A DNA stretch of 47,063 bases from an uncultured Elusimicrobium sp. (GCA_947170005.1 CAMVRX010000001.1:1-47063); one strand, 5' to 3'. Shown: positions 10,997 to 20,922, numbered from the stretch's first letter. The notes: generated by a model not told the origin, from the letters alone. Numbers and translations are program-made.

Positions 10997-11700
10997 CGGC
11001 CGTACATACGGAAGTGTTTGTAGAAAAAGCCGATTTGCCGGCTTTTATCACGCGGTTTATTCCGGCGGTGCGCGAAAATACGGTGCTGGCCGTGTCCTCA
11101 AAAGTAGTGGCTCTTTGGAAAGGGTGTACCGCAGCGTATGAAAATGCAGCACAAAAAGAGGCGCTGATCGTGCAACAAAGTCAGGCGGCCCTTAAGACCC
11201 CGCTGGCGTGGTTGACGATTAAGGACGGCATGGTAATGACCAACGCCGGCATTGATGAAAGCAACGCGAAAGGGAAACTGATTTTTTTGCCGGATTGTTA
11301 TGCGTGCGCGGATGAACTACGCACGGCCTTATGCCGGGCGTGGAAGGTGCAAAATCTGGGCGTTGTGGTTACGGACAGTATGATTTTACCGCTGCGTGCG
11401 GGCGTAATCGCCGCGGCCGTGGGATATAGCGGGTTTAAGGGTGTGAAAGATTTGCGCGGCAAGCCGGATCTTTTTGGCAAACCGCTGCAAACGACGTTGG
11501 TGGACGCGGCGGACAGCTTGGCCAGTGCGGCGGCGCTTGTTATGGGCGAGGCCGACGAGCAAAACCCCTTGTGTGTGATAGAAGATGCGCCCGTGGTATT
11601 TGCGCAGCAAACCGACCGGGACGAGCTAAAATACCCGGCTCAAAACGATTTGTACACGCCCTTACTCAGGGCGGCAAAATTAGTAGGAAAGGAGAATTAA
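10987..11700 (+). CDS. CofE-family gamma-glutamyl ligase (probably folate-related)
   Basis: SSKVVA, NAGIDESN, VTDS..PLRAG, DLRGKPDLFG, MGEADE. Confidence 0.8.
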   Translation: MQVTAVHTEVFVEKADLPAFITRFIPAVRENTVLAVSSKVVALWKGCTAAYENAAQKEALIVQQSQAALKTPLAWLTIKDGMVMTNAGIDESNAKGKLIFLPDCYACADELRTALCRAWKVQNLGVVVTDSMILPLRAGVIAAAVGYSGFKGVKDLRGKPDLFGKPLQTTLVDAADSLASAAALVMGEADEQNPLCVIEDAPVVFAQQTDRDELKYPAQNDLYTPLLRAAKLVGKEN

Positions 11701-12162
11701 ATGAAAGGTGTTGCAAGTGAATTCAAGCAGTTCATCATGCGCGGCAACGTGATTGATATGGCAGTTGGTATCATCATTGGTGCCGCGTTTACCAAGATTG
11801 TAAACTCGATGGTGGCCGACGTGCTGATGCCGCCGTTGGGGCTGCTCTTGGGCAAAGTGGATTTTTCCAACTGGTTTATTGTGTTAAAACCGGGTGCCGA
11901 CGGCGTGCGCAATTTTGCCACCATGGCCGCCGCGCAAGATGCCGGTGCTACCACTTTGAACTTGGGCTTGTTTTTAAACGCTATTATCAGCTTTTTAATT
12001 GTAGCGTTTTGTGTGTTTTTGCTGATTAAAGCGATCAATAAGCTCAACAAACCGGCCCCGGCCCCTGCTGCCGCGCCGACCACTAAAAAATGCCCGTTCT
12101 GCTGCAGCGAAATTGCTTTAGAAGCCACCCGCTGCCCGCACTGCACGAGCGAAATTAAATAA
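11701..12162 (+). CDS. mscL: Large-conductance mechanosensitive channel with C-terminal Cys4 ribbon
   Basis: EFKQFIMRGNVIDMAVGIIIGAAF; tail CPFC..RCPHC. Confidence 0.96.
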   Translation: MKGVASEFKQFIMRGNVIDMAVGIIIGAAFTKIVNSMVADVLMPPLGLLLGKVDFSNWFIVLKPGADGVRNFATMAAAQDAGATTLNLGLFLNAIISFLIVAFCVFLLIKAINKLNKPAPAPAAAPTTKKCPFCCSEIALEATRCPHCTSEIK

Positions 12163-12181
12163 GTAATTATTGCTATTTACT

Positions 12182-12216
12182 AACGCCCCGGAATGAATTG
12201 TTCCGGGGCGTTTTTT
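12182..12216 (+). terminator. Intrinsic terminator after mscL
   Basis: aacgccccggaa...ttccggggcg-tttttt. Confidence 0.85.
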
Positions 12217-12242
12217 CTAGGGTGTTATTTTATGCCTAGTTA

Positions 12243-12824
12243 TTAATATAACCAATCTTCGGAATTGTCGTTTATAGAGTTTTCTTTCCCTGTTTCGCTG
12301 CGGCAGATAGAAACACCTATATTTTTATTGTAAGCTTTACAATAAATTTTCCCCTGGGAATTACTATGATTCAAATAAATTATGTACCCTAAAAACAAGG
12401 AATTATCATTGTAGAGCCGGCATCCTACCTGTGCATTACTGGGGCCTTTATTTAAGCTGCAATTTCCCCAATTATAGTCATAAGTTGTTTGTGTTCCACT
12501 AGTAGTGCTAGAAAGAGGGGTAGGCAATGAAACATCCAGGTTTTCTATGCTGTCGGTATATTCTTCATTTGCTAAGTAGTAAATTTCTTCGGCCTTAGCA
12601 ATAGTGTGGGCAAGTGTTTTGGCTTGAGTAAACCGAGTTTTCCATACTGCTTTTTGATATTGCGGCACAGCTACCGCGGCTAAGATGCCGATAATCAGTA
12701 CCACGACAAGTAGTTCAATGAGCGTAAAGGCAGATTTATGCCCCTTAGCCGGGGCATTGTCAGGCAGTGCCTGACCTACCCAATTGATTTGCGTGAAACC
12801 CCGCCGGGTGTTGTTATTTTGCAT
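12243..12824 (-). CDS. Type IV pilin-like protein 2 (extended leader peptide)
   Basis: [12 protein letters not shown]...[27 protein letters not shown]; AAGGA SD supports the start at 12824. Confidence 0.9.
   Translation of the reverse strand: MQNNNTRRGFTQINWVGQALPDNAPAKGHKSAFTLIELLVVVLIIGILAAVAVPQYQKAVWKTRFTQAKTLAHTIAKAEEIYYLANEEYTDSIENLDVSLPTPLSSTTSGTQTTYDYNWGNCSLNKGPSNAQVGCRLYNDNSLFLGYIIYLNHSNSQGKIYCKAYNKNIGVSICRSETGKENSINDNSEDWLY
12759..12779 (-). repeat. GTAG-type REP-like palindrome inside the pilin 2 leader peptide
   Basis: Minus strand GTAG-GTCAGGC-ACT-GCCTGAC. Confidence 0.5.
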
Positions 12825-12858
12825 TTTGTTTTTCCTTTTATGTTTGCCGAGCCCAAAC

Positions 12859-13078
12859 AAAAACGGCTGACTTGTTTGGACTAACACGAGTAAATCCAAC
12901 GCAAAACAGCCGTAGTTTACTGTCCTTGCGGACAGTAAACACTCGACACAAAATCCCGGGTTTGCAAGCCGTTATTTTGTGTCTAAAACAGCTGTTTTTA
13001 GACTCGTGTTATGTCTTTAGTTGCTTAAAGACGTATTGTGCCCCCTAGGCACAATTCCAAAAACAGTATCAAATTGTA
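12859..13078 (-). ncRNA. Pilin leader attenuator-like RNA, copy E2
   Basis: tacaatttgatactgtttttgga; P1 taacacgagt/actcgtgtta; P4 gtttactgtcc-gcaa-ggacagtaaac; cagccg-ttttt. Confidence 0.75.
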
Positions 13079-13183
13079 TAAAAGCGCGCGTGCGCGGTGC
13101 TGCATCCCTCCTAATTAAGAACTACCCTTATTGTAGCAAATTGTGCTATTTACCAAGTGCCCCACTTTTTCTACACTATAAGT

Positions 13184-13873
13184 ATGATTTATTTTTCCCA
13201 CCGCGGCGCCAATACGCTGCGTGTTCAAAATACCGCAGCCGCGTTTGCCCTGGCCCATGCGCAAGGGGCGCGGTACTTTGAGCTGGATGTGCATTTGCTT
13301 AAAGACGGTGCGCTGGCCGTTCATCACGATTATTCGCTGCTTAGTACTGCGGGGGCGGACGTAAAACTAAAAGATTTGACCGCCGCGGATTTAAGAAAAT
13401 ATCCGCTTAAAAATCCGTTCACGCAAGAGCCTGCGTACGTGCCGCTATTTGTGCAGGTATTGCCCGTGCTGGTGCCGGAACTGGAACTGCTAAACATAGA
13501 GCTTAAAAATGACGGGAATATCTACCCCGGGTTAGAAGAAACGGTGCTGCGCGCCGTGCCGGAGAAATTGTTGCCGAAAATTTTGTTTTCCAGTTTTGAT
13601 TATCCCACGTTGCAACGCTTGCGCACCCTGGCGCCGCAAGTGCGCATCGGGCAACTGACGCGCGCGTTTAACGTGCAAGAGGCGTTGAACATCCATGCGC
13701 AGAGCGTACACCTGAATTATATACGTTTCACGCCGCAAATCGCGCAAGAGTGCCACGCAAACGGGCTCAACGTGTATTGTTATACGGTAAACGACTGCGC
13801 GCTGGCGCGGCGATTGGAAAGGGAAGGCGTGGACGGAATTTTTACGGACGACGTAACGCAATTTACGCCTTAA
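13184..13873 (+). CDS. Glycerophosphodiester phosphodiesterase family protein
   Basis: SHRGA, ELDVH, HHD, NIELK, SSFD, GVDGIFTD. Confidence 0.92.
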   Translation: MIYFSHRGANTLRVQNTAAAFALAHAQGARYFELDVHLLKDGALAVHHDYSLLSTAGADVKLKDLTAADLRKYPLKNPFTQEPAYVPLFVQVLPVLVPELELLNIELKNDGNIYPGLEETVLRAVPEKLLPKILFSSFDYPTLQRLRTLAPQVRIGQLTRAFNVQEALNIHAQSVHLNYIRFTPQIAQECHANGLNVYCYTVNDCALARRLEREGVDGIFTDDVTQFTP

Positions 13874-13899
13874 AAAACCCCCACTTGCGCTGGGGGTTT
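13872..13899. terminator. Bidirectional terminator
   Basis: aaaaaaccccca-cttgcgc-tgggggttt between convergent genes. Confidence 0.75.
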
Positions 13900-14308
13900 A
13901 TTCTTCGTAATCGGCTTCGCCGCCGTCGGTGCTTTCTTCTTGCATGCCGTAGTATTCATCCGGCGAGTAGCGGCGCGGCTTTTTCCACAGGCGTTTTTCT
14001 TTCTTGTAATCTTGGGCGGAATAGACACCGGGAATTTGCGGGTTTTGGCGTTTGTCAAAGAAATACACGCGGTTATCCAAATCCGCTTGCGGTATGACAT
14101 TAAAAATATAGTCGGATTCTTTATTGGGTTGGAGGGTGCGGCGGTCCAGCTCGGCCACGTTTTTGATGTCTTCCAAATAGTCTTCTTTGGTGAGGTAGAT
14201 TTTTTTGGCGTAGCGTTTGCCGTTAATCTTTTTGGTGCCGCGCGGACCGCAGGCTGTTAATAGCCCGGCTACTGCAAAAACAATGAGAAATAAGCCCGCC
14301 TTCTTCAT
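13898..14308 (-). CDS. Hypothetical lipoprotein
   Basis: Lipobox LTAC after a hydrophobic signal; coupled to folD. Confidence 0.8.
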   Translation of the reverse strand: MKKAGLFLIVFAVAGLLTACGPRGTKKINGKRYAKKIYLTKEDYLEDIKNVAELDRRTLQPNKESDYIFNVIPQADLDNRVYFFDKRQNPQIPGVYSAQDYKKEKRLWKKPRRYSPDEYYGMQEESTDGGEADYEE

Positions 14309-15165
14309 AAACCCCTCTCTTTTGAGCGTACCATATTTTCCAGCAGTACCGCAAGCGTAACGGGCCCCACTCCGCCGGGGACCGGGGAATAATGCACGCC
14401 GCGTGCGGCTAAGGCAGCCGGGTCCGTGTCGCCGGTGAGTTGGTTGTTGTGCCAGTTGGTGGAAATGTCTATTACCGTGCAGCCGGGTTTAAGCCAGGCG
14501 GCATTGAGCAGGCCGGGGGTTCCGGCGGCGGAACAGATAATATCGGCATCTTTAACGGCGCGGGGTAAATCGGTTTGGCGGTGGCAGAGTTTGACCGTGG
14601 CATTTTTGCACGTGAGCAAGTGCGCCAGTGGACGGCCTACGGTGGACGAGCGGCCGATGACGACTATCTCTTTGCCTGTCAGGGCGATATGATGAAATTC
14701 CAATAATTTAATAACGGCCATGGCCGTGCACGGTACAAAGCCGGGCAGTGCTTCTATTTCCGCCCAGGTTTTACACAAAAACAGGTTGCCCATATTGATG
14801 TTGGACATACCGTCCACATCTTTTTGCGGGGCCAAATAGGCGGCGTAATCGGTAGCCGCCAAATGGGCGGGCAGCGGGCGCGGGATTAAAATAGCATCGG
14901 TGTTTGTATCGGCTGAAAGTTTTTTGACAAGCGCCACAAAATCGGCCGCCGGGGTTTGGCTGTTTACTTCAAAAATTTTAGTTTGCAGCCCGATTTTTTG
15001 CGCCGCGGCTACTTCTTTTTTAAGATACATGTGCGCGCCAAAATCGTCGGTAGAGCCGATGGCCGCTAAAGAAATCGGCCGGCCGATTTTTTGGTGCACG
15101 GCAGCGGCCCTTTGGGCTAAGGGTTCACGGATTTGGGTTGCTAGTGTGCGGCCTTCTAAAATCAT
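14305..15165 (-). CDS. folD: Methylenetetrahydrofolate dehydrogenase/cyclohydrolase
   Basis: KDVDG, PCTA, GRSSTVGRP, PVPGGVGPVT. Confidence 0.95.
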   Translation of the reverse strand: MILEGRTLATQIREPLAQRAAAVHQKIGRPISLAAIGSTDDFGAHMYLKKEVAAAQKIGLQTKIFEVNSQTPAADFVALVKKLSADTNTDAILIPRPLPAHLAATDYAAYLAPQKDVDGMSNINMGNLFLCKTWAEIEALPGFVPCTAMAVIKLLEFHHIALTGKEIVVIGRSSTVGRPLAHLLTCKNATVKLCHRQTDLPRAVKDADIICSAAGTPGLLNAAWLKPGCTVIDISTNWHNNQLTGDTDPAALAARGVHYSPVPGGVGPVTLAVLLENMVRSKERGL

Positions 15166-15183
15166 ATTATTATTGTAGCAAAT

Positions 15184-17013
15184 CTACTCCTCATCAATTT
15201 TGAGCATGGCTACGAAGGCTTCTTGCGGAATGTTTAAGCTGCCAATGCTTTTCATGCGCTTTTTGCCTTCTTTTTGTTTCTCGAGCAGCTTGCGTTTGCG
15301 CGTAATGTCGCCGCCGTAACATTTGGCAATCACATCCTTGCGGTAGGCAGGGATGGTTTCGCGCGCAATCACTTTGCCGTTAATGGCGGCTTGCACGGCT
15401 ACTTCAAATTGTTGGCGGCCGATGAGCTCTTTTAACTTGGCGCACAGCGCGCGGCCGATGGTTTGGGCTTTGTCTTTATGCACGACGGTGGAAAGCGCAT
15501 CCACCGGCGTGCCGTGCAGTAAAATTTCCATCAGCACGACGTTGGAGCTTTTAAAGCCGGCTACTTCGTAATCAAACGACGCGTAGCCTTTGGAAACGGA
15601 TTTTAGTTTGTTGTAAAAATCGATGACCATTTCGCCCATGGGCATTTCGTACTTAATAATCACGCGTTGGTTAGACAGGTGGTCCATGCTCATAAACGTG
15701 CCGCGTTTTTCTTTTAAAAGGGTCATCACGCCGTCCATAAATTCCACGGGCGTTACAATCGTGATATGAATGACGGGCTCTTTGATGTCAATAATATCGC
15801 CGTAGGGCGGAAAATTGGCCGGGTTATCGATAATTTTATAACCGGGGTCGTCGGGCGCTTCGGGCAAGGCGGCGAGCTCCTGCGAGTGGGTTTTGCGCGG
15901 CGTAAACTTCACGTGATACACCACGTTGGGCGACGTGGCAATTAAAGATAAATTGAACTCACGCTCTAAACGTTCCTTTACAATTTCAATATGCAAAATG
16001 CCCATAAATCCCAGGCGGAACCCAAAGCCTAGGGCCTTGGACGTTTCGCTTTGGTATTGGAAGGAACTGTCGGACAAGTGCAGCTTTTCAAGCGCTTTGC
16101 GTAGTAGCGGGAAATCGGTCGTTTCTACAGGGAAAATACTGGCAAATACGACGGGTTTGGCATCTTCGTAGCCGGGCAGAGGTTTCTGGGCCGGGTTTTC
16201 GGCCAAAGTAATCGTATCACCTACTTTTACTTGGTGAATGTCTTTAATCCCAGCGGCCAAATAGCCTACCTCTCCGGCGGATAGGACATCACATTTGTGC
16301 AACTGCTTGGGGGTCATAAAGCCGATTTCTTCGGCTTTATAAGAAGCCCCGGAAGACATAAATTGGATTGTTTGCCCCGGCTTAAGTGTACCGTCTACCA
16401 AGCGGATGTACATAATGACACCGCGAAAAGCATCATAGTAAGAGTCAAAAATCAGCGCACGCAGCGGTTTGTTCGGGCTGCCCTGCGGGGCGGGAATATC
16501 GGTAATAATACGGTCTAACAGATGTTCAATGCCCAGGCCGGTTTTGGCGCTTACGCGCTCGGCCTCAATGGGTTCGCGCAAAATATCCCATAGCTGTTCT
16601 TCTGAAGCGTCTGCATCGGATTGTGATAAATCTACTTTATTCATCACGGGGATAATTTTAAGGCCTAAACTTTGCGCTAAATGCGCGTGGGCTACGGTTT
16701 GGGCTTCTACCCCTTGCGAAGCATCCACCAGCAGCAGTACGCCTTCGCACGCACGCAGCGAACGGGAAACTTCGTAGGAAAAATCCACATGGCCGGGCGT
16801 GTCGATTAAGTTTAAAATATAGTCTTTGTATTGGATGCGCACGGCCTTGGCTTTGATGGTAATGCCGCGCTCGCGCTCCAGGTCCATACCGTCCAACAGC
16901 TGCGCTTGCATTTTGCGCTTGGGTACGGTGCCGGTATCTTCCAGGATGCGGTCCGAAAGCGTAGTTTTGCCGTGGTCAATATGGGCCACAATAGAAAAAT
17001 TACGAATTTTCAT
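15184..17013 (-). CDS. lepA: Elongation factor 4
   Basis: IRNFSIVAHIDHGKTTL, DTPGHVDF, KCYGGDITRKRKLLEKQK. Confidence 0.99.
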   Translation of the reverse strand: MKIRNFSIVAHIDHGKTTLSDRILEDTGTVPKRKMQAQLLDGMDLERERGITIKAKAVRIQYKDYILNLIDTPGHVDFSYEVSRSLRACEGVLLLVDASQGVEAQTVAHAHLAQSLGLKIIPVMNKVDLSQSDADASEEQLWDILREPIEAERVSAKTGLGIEHLLDRIITDIPAPQGSPNKPLRALIFDSYYDAFRGVIMYIRLVDGTLKPGQTIQFMSSGASYKAEEIGFMTPKQLHKCDVLSAGEVGYLAAGIKDIHQVKVGDTITLAENPAQKPLPGYEDAKPVVFASIFPVETTDFPLLRKALEKLHLSDSSFQYQSETSKALGFGFRLGFMGILHIEIVKERLEREFNLSLIATSPNVVYHVKFTPRKTHSQELAALPEAPDDPGYKIIDNPANFPPYGDIIDIKEPVIHITIVTPVEFMDGVMTLLKEKRGTFMSMDHLSNQRVIIKYEMPMGEMVIDFYNKLKSVSKGYASFDYEVAGFKSSNVVLMEILLHGTPVDALSTVVHKDKAQTIGRALCAKLKELIGRQQFEVAVQAAINGKVIARETIPAYRKDVIAKCYGGDITRKRKLLEKQKEGKKRMKSIGSLNIPQEAFVAMLKIDEE

Positions 17014-18739
17014 GATTATTATCTTCTACCAGTTCGCGGATTTCAGCCGAGCTACCCATTAACAAGGCGGCTTGGGCTAAATCGCAGCAATGTTCAAAAT
17101 TGAGATTGCGGATGTTGTTTTTAACGCGCAAATACATCCGCGGCGTTACCGAAAGCCCGTCCACTTGCCAACCTAACAGCAGCGGCAGCATCTTGGCATC
17201 GGAAGCAATTTCTCCGCAAATGGAAACGAATTTGCCCCGCTTGTGGGCCGTTTGGATGATGTTGTGGATGGTACGCCCGACGGCCGGATGGCAGGGGTCG
17301 TACATGTGGGCCACTTCGGGGTTGACACGGTCTACGGCCACTAAGTACTGGATAAGGTCATTGGTACCGATGGAAATAAAGTCCAGCTCGTTAATCATAC
17401 CGTCTAGCGCAATGGCGGCCGCCGGTACTTCAATCATGGCTCCCAAAGCAATTTTATTAAGCGGTTTTTGGCCTTGTTTGGCAAATTCCTCCAGCACTTG
17501 GCTAAAAGCGGCGCGTACGTGGCGGACCTCCTCCACCGAGGAGACCATCGGAATCATGATTTTAACCTGGGCCGGCACTTCGCATGCGGTGCGCACAATG
17601 GCACGCAGCTGGCAGTGCAATAGTTCCGGGTTTTTTAGAAGTAAACGCACCCCGCGGCAACCCATAAAAGGGTTGTCATCATCGTTCAGTTCGTCCAGCG
17701 GGAAATCGGGCATTTTGTCGGCCCCCAGGTCGGCCAGGCGGATGGTAGCCGGGCGCATATCAAAACGTTTGGCTACGGCCAGGTAAATTTTGTACTGGGC
17801 TTCTTCCGACGGGGGAACCGGAGTATTCATAAATAAAAATTCGGTGCGCAGCAGGCCTAGCCCGTCGGTAATGAGGGTTTTGTTGTACTTGTTGTCGGTG
17901 CGCGGGTCATAATTGACGTAGAGGTGTACGCGGCGGCCATCTTGCGTGACCACAGGCAAGTGGTTGATGGTTTTTAAAAGCGATTCGGTTTTTTTAAGCT
18001 CACGCTTGATTTGGCGGTAGTTGGCCAGGGTGTAACGGTCCGGATTGATGACCAAAAGGCCGTTTTCACCGTCAATAATCAGCATATCGCCGTTGGCTAC
18101 GTCTTTAGACGCGGTGGACAGCCCTACTACGGCCGGGATGTTTAAACTTTGGGCCAAGAGCGCCGTGTGGCTGGTTTTGCCGCCCACGTCCGTACAGAAA
18201 CCCAAAATTTGGTTTTCCGGTAACGAGATGGTATCAGAGGGGAATAAATCGTGTGCTACCAGCAAAGAAGGTCTTTTAATGGAAGCCAAAAAGTCTTTTT
18301 TGTTACCCTCTAAATTGGCTAGAAGGCGTTTGCCGGCATCAAACAAATCGTTGCGGCGTTCTTTAAAGAAGGGGTCTTCAATTTTATCAAAATTGGCTGC
18401 CAGCTCTTGCAGGGTAAGCGAAATAGCCGAGCGGGCGGTTAAATAATCGGTACAGATTTTGTGTGCCACGGCGTCCTTGAGGGCCGGGTCTTGCAAGATG
18501 AGTTTATGGGTATCCATCAAGCTGGCATACTCGGTACCCAGGGTAGAACGTACCTTGAGGGCACATTCGTCCAATTCTTGCATGGTTTTTTGCAAGGCCC
18601 GTTCAAATTTTTGCAGTTCCCCGTTGACCGCTTCCAAGGAAATGTAATGTTTGGAAACGGTTAAATTTTCGCCGGGTAACAACACCGCTTTACCGATGGC
18701 GATACCGGGGCTGGCGGGGATTCCTTTTAATACAAGCAT
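17000..18739 (-). CDS. ptsI: PTS enzyme I
   Basis: GIPASPGIAIG, GGKTSHT phospho-His motif, RTEFLF, SIGTNDL, ICGE. Confidence 0.96.
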   Translation of the reverse strand: MLVLKGIPASPGIAIGKAVLLPGENLTVSKHYISLEAVNGELQKFERALQKTMQELDECALKVRSTLGTEYASLMDTHKLILQDPALKDAVAHKICTDYLTARSAISLTLQELAANFDKIEDPFFKERRNDLFDAGKRLLANLEGNKKDFLASIKRPSLLVAHDLFPSDTISLPENQILGFCTDVGGKTSHTALLAQSLNIPAVVGLSTASKDVANGDMLIIDGENGLLVINPDRYTLANYRQIKRELKKTESLLKTINHLPVVTQDGRRVHLYVNYDPRTDNKYNKTLITDGLGLLRTEFLFMNTPVPPSEEAQYKIYLAVAKRFDMRPATIRLADLGADKMPDFPLDELNDDDNPFMGCRGVRLLLKNPELLHCQLRAIVRTACEVPAQVKIMIPMVSSVEEVRHVRAAFSQVLEEFAKQGQKPLNKIALGAMIEVPAAAIALDGMINELDFISIGTNDLIQYLVAVDRVNPEVAHMYDPCHPAVGRTIHNIIQTAHKRGKFVSICGEIASDAKMLPLLLGWQVDGLSVTPRMYLRVKNNIRNLNFEHCCDLAQAALLMGSSAEIRELVEDNNHENS

Positions 18740-18748
18740 GGGTGTACC

Positions 18749-19018
18749 TTAAAACTCTTCATTAAATTTATCGTTAAATAATTGCTCCAGCGCTTGGGCG
18801 GCCTGTACTTCGTCCGTACCGTTGGCCGTAACCCGCACGCAAGAGCCAAATTCGGCCGCCAGCATCATCACCCCCATAATGCTTTTGGCATTGATGGTGA
18901 CATTGTCTTTGGTAAGCTCAATGTTGCAAGCAAAGCCGGCTGCGGTTTGTGCAATCAAAGCAGCGGGGCGGGCATGCAAGCCCAAACGGTTTAATATCTT
19001 TAAATCTTTTTGTACCAT
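18749..19018 (-). CDS. ptsH: Phosphocarrier HPr
   Basis: GLHARPA (His15) and NAKSIMGVM (Ser46). Confidence 0.96.
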   Translation of the reverse strand: MVQKDLKILNRLGLHARPAALIAQTAAGFACNIELTKDNVTINAKSIMGVMMLAAEFGSCVRVTANGTDEVQAAQALEQLFNDKFNEEF

Positions 19019-19021
19019 ACG

Positions 19022-19849
19022 CTAAAATAAACAAACCATACAAAATACCAACATAGCCACCAGGTAAACATACATGTTGGGGATGCGCAAATCGCGCGTG
19101 ATTAAACTGATGCTGACAAAAAAGAGTACAATGACAGCCCGGGTAATAAAGGCAAGGCCAAATACTTCGTCAAGGCTGTGGACGAAATAGTAGGCCCCCC
19201 ACAATAAGAGCAGTACGGAGAAAAGAATCCCCATGCGTTTGGCATTGTAAATAGTTTTGTTCCAGTCAAACCGGGTCAGGCCGAAACAGCCGTTATTTTC
19301 GGCAAAGTAACTAAGGGAAATCCCTTGCCATTTAACAAATAGCGCAATGACGTTAAACGTGACAAAAGCCGTCAGCGCGGCCCCAAAAATTTCCCAATAA
19401 GTAAAGTGGCCGGGGATGTCCGTTTCAAAAAAGTTCAAGTCCAGCATGAGCCAAATGCACAAGGCAAAAAGTAAGGTAAACGGTTTTAGCGTACCCCAAA
19501 AAAGACGGTCCCCAATGGAGGCAGACGTAATAGAAAGACTGCGCTTGATGCCGTTCCACTCGCTTAAGCGCTGTTGGTAGGAGGTGAGGGTTTTGGCGCG
19601 TGCGAGGCGTTCTTCTTGCTTAGCCAGTGCCCCAAAACAAAAGGAAGCCATGGTGGGCTGGGTATTAAAATTTTCTAAATAACGCTGTAATACGGAGGGG
19701 AGGGCTTCTTCGTCCTTGGCGTATAAGGTACGTAAAAAGGGTTCCATCACAAAAGCCAGCCCGATGTTTTGATATTTGGAAAAATTCCACCCTGCTTGCA
19801 GGAAAAACGAGCGGAAAAACAAACGAAATTGAAGCAGACGGGTCATCAT
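19022..19849 (-). CDS. Mannose-class PTS EIID component
   Basis: RSFFLQAGWNF..YQNIG, FNTQP, SIGDRLFW. Confidence 0.88.
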   Translation of the reverse strand: MMTRLLQFRLFFRSFFLQAGWNFSKYQNIGLAFVMEPFLRTLYAKDEEALPSVLQRYLENFNTQPTMASFCFGALAKQEERLARAKTLTSYQQRLSEWNGIKRSLSITSASIGDRLFWGTLKPFTLLFALCIWLMLDLNFFETDIPGHFTYWEIFGAALTAFVTFNVIALFVKWQGISLSYFAENNGCFGLTRFDWNKTIYNAKRMGILFSVLLLLWGAYYFVHSLDEVFGLAFITRAVIVLFFVSISLITRDLRIPNMYVYLVAMLVFCMVCLF

Positions 19850-19852
19850 CGG

Positions 19853-20455
19853 TTACCTCGTTTTAAGCCGAAAGGCGGAAATGAGCGTGGTAAGCCCAAT
19901 CCACGGGACGGCCATGTAGGCAAATTTACCGGCAGCGTGTAATTGCTCGGGCAAGTGGGGCACCAGTTTGGCAAAAGCGGGGCCGATCAGCCCGGCAAAA
20001 ACAAGCATAAAAACAAAAGTGAAAATACAAGCGCAAGCCAGCGCTTGGCGGATGACGCTGCCTAGGTAGGCCGGGCGTTGGCGGATGAGATTTTCCTGGC
20101 GGGCTACCCAATTGGAGCGCTGTTTGCGCATATAAATTTCGGCGGTGGAAAATAAAATGGAACCTATCACCCCAAAAAAGAAAGCAAAATAAACGGGGAT
20201 GTGCAGCGTACACAGGGCCAGGCAAAGCGTGCAACACACGGTTGCGCTGGGGGGCAGCATGCCGCCTAAAGGGTTCATATCAATAAATAAAAGTTCCGTA
20301 AAAATGCCTATTTGCAAGCCGGTCAATACATCCCCGCACAACAGCCCCAGCAACGGCCCGGCAATAATGCCGCGTGAAAACGTCAGCTGAAATGCGTAGG
20401 TGGTGTCCAGTTCCAAAAAAGCGCCCACCGCGCACAAGAGTAAAACGGTCATCAT
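19853..20455 (-). CDS. Mannose-class PTS EIIC component (short)
   Basis: SRGIIAGPLLG..G....GL.IG...EL.F; gene context. Confidence 0.82.
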   Translation of the reverse strand: MMTVLLLCAVGAFLELDTTYAFQLTFSRGIIAGPLLGLLCGDVLTGLQIGIFTELLFIDMNPLGGMLPPSATVCCTLCLALCTLHIPVYFAFFFGVIGSILFSTAEIYMRKQRSNWVARQENLIRQRPAYLGSVIRQALACACIFTFVFMLVFAGLIGPAFAKLVPHLPEQLHAAGKFAYMAVPWIGLTTLISAFRLKTR

Positions 20456-20922
20456 GAGCGCAACTCCTGTGTGACGGAAATGGATTTGGCGTTCGGGACG
20501 GCGCGGGTTTCGATGCGAATGCCCAGGCCATCTATAATGCGCAAGAAATGCTTGTCTTGCTCATCTAAAAATACATTTTCCGCCAGTTTTTGGGCATGGT
20601 CTTTAAAGTGCATGCCGCCGATATTGACGGATTTGATTTGCAGCCCGTCTTCAATTAAATCGGCCAGTTCTTGCACCGTGCCGATGAGGGCAAAAATCCG
20701 TTTGGAAGAGTTGCGCGCATACTGCACGCAGGCGTGCGAGTCCAAAATCGTTAATCCATATTCGTAGGGCAAACTGAGACGAAGTAAATTTTTGTTAAGC
20801 AAGTGCGCCCGGTGTTTGGCACAGGGAATGAGCACTTCGTCTACGTTTAGTTCGGGCAGCCAAGCCTGTACCACTTGTCCGTGGATCAGCCTGTCGTCTA
20901 CCCGTGCAAAAATAATTGGCAT
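20452..20922 (-). CDS. Mannose/sorbose-class PTS EIIB component
   Basis: RVDDRLIHGQV, VNIGGM. Confidence 0.92.
   Translation of the reverse strand: MPIIFARVDDRLIHGQVVQAWLPELNVDEVLIPCAKHRAHLLNKNLLRLSLPYEYGLTILDSHACVQYARNSSKRIFALIGTVQELADLIEDGLQIKSVNIGGMHFKDHAQKLAENVFLDEQDKHFLRIIDGLGIRIETRAVPNAKSISVTQELRS

Noticed and set aside
12060-12162. MscL C-terminal Cys4 ribbon as a novelty
   Set aside because: This extension is common in MscL proteins from many anaerobes
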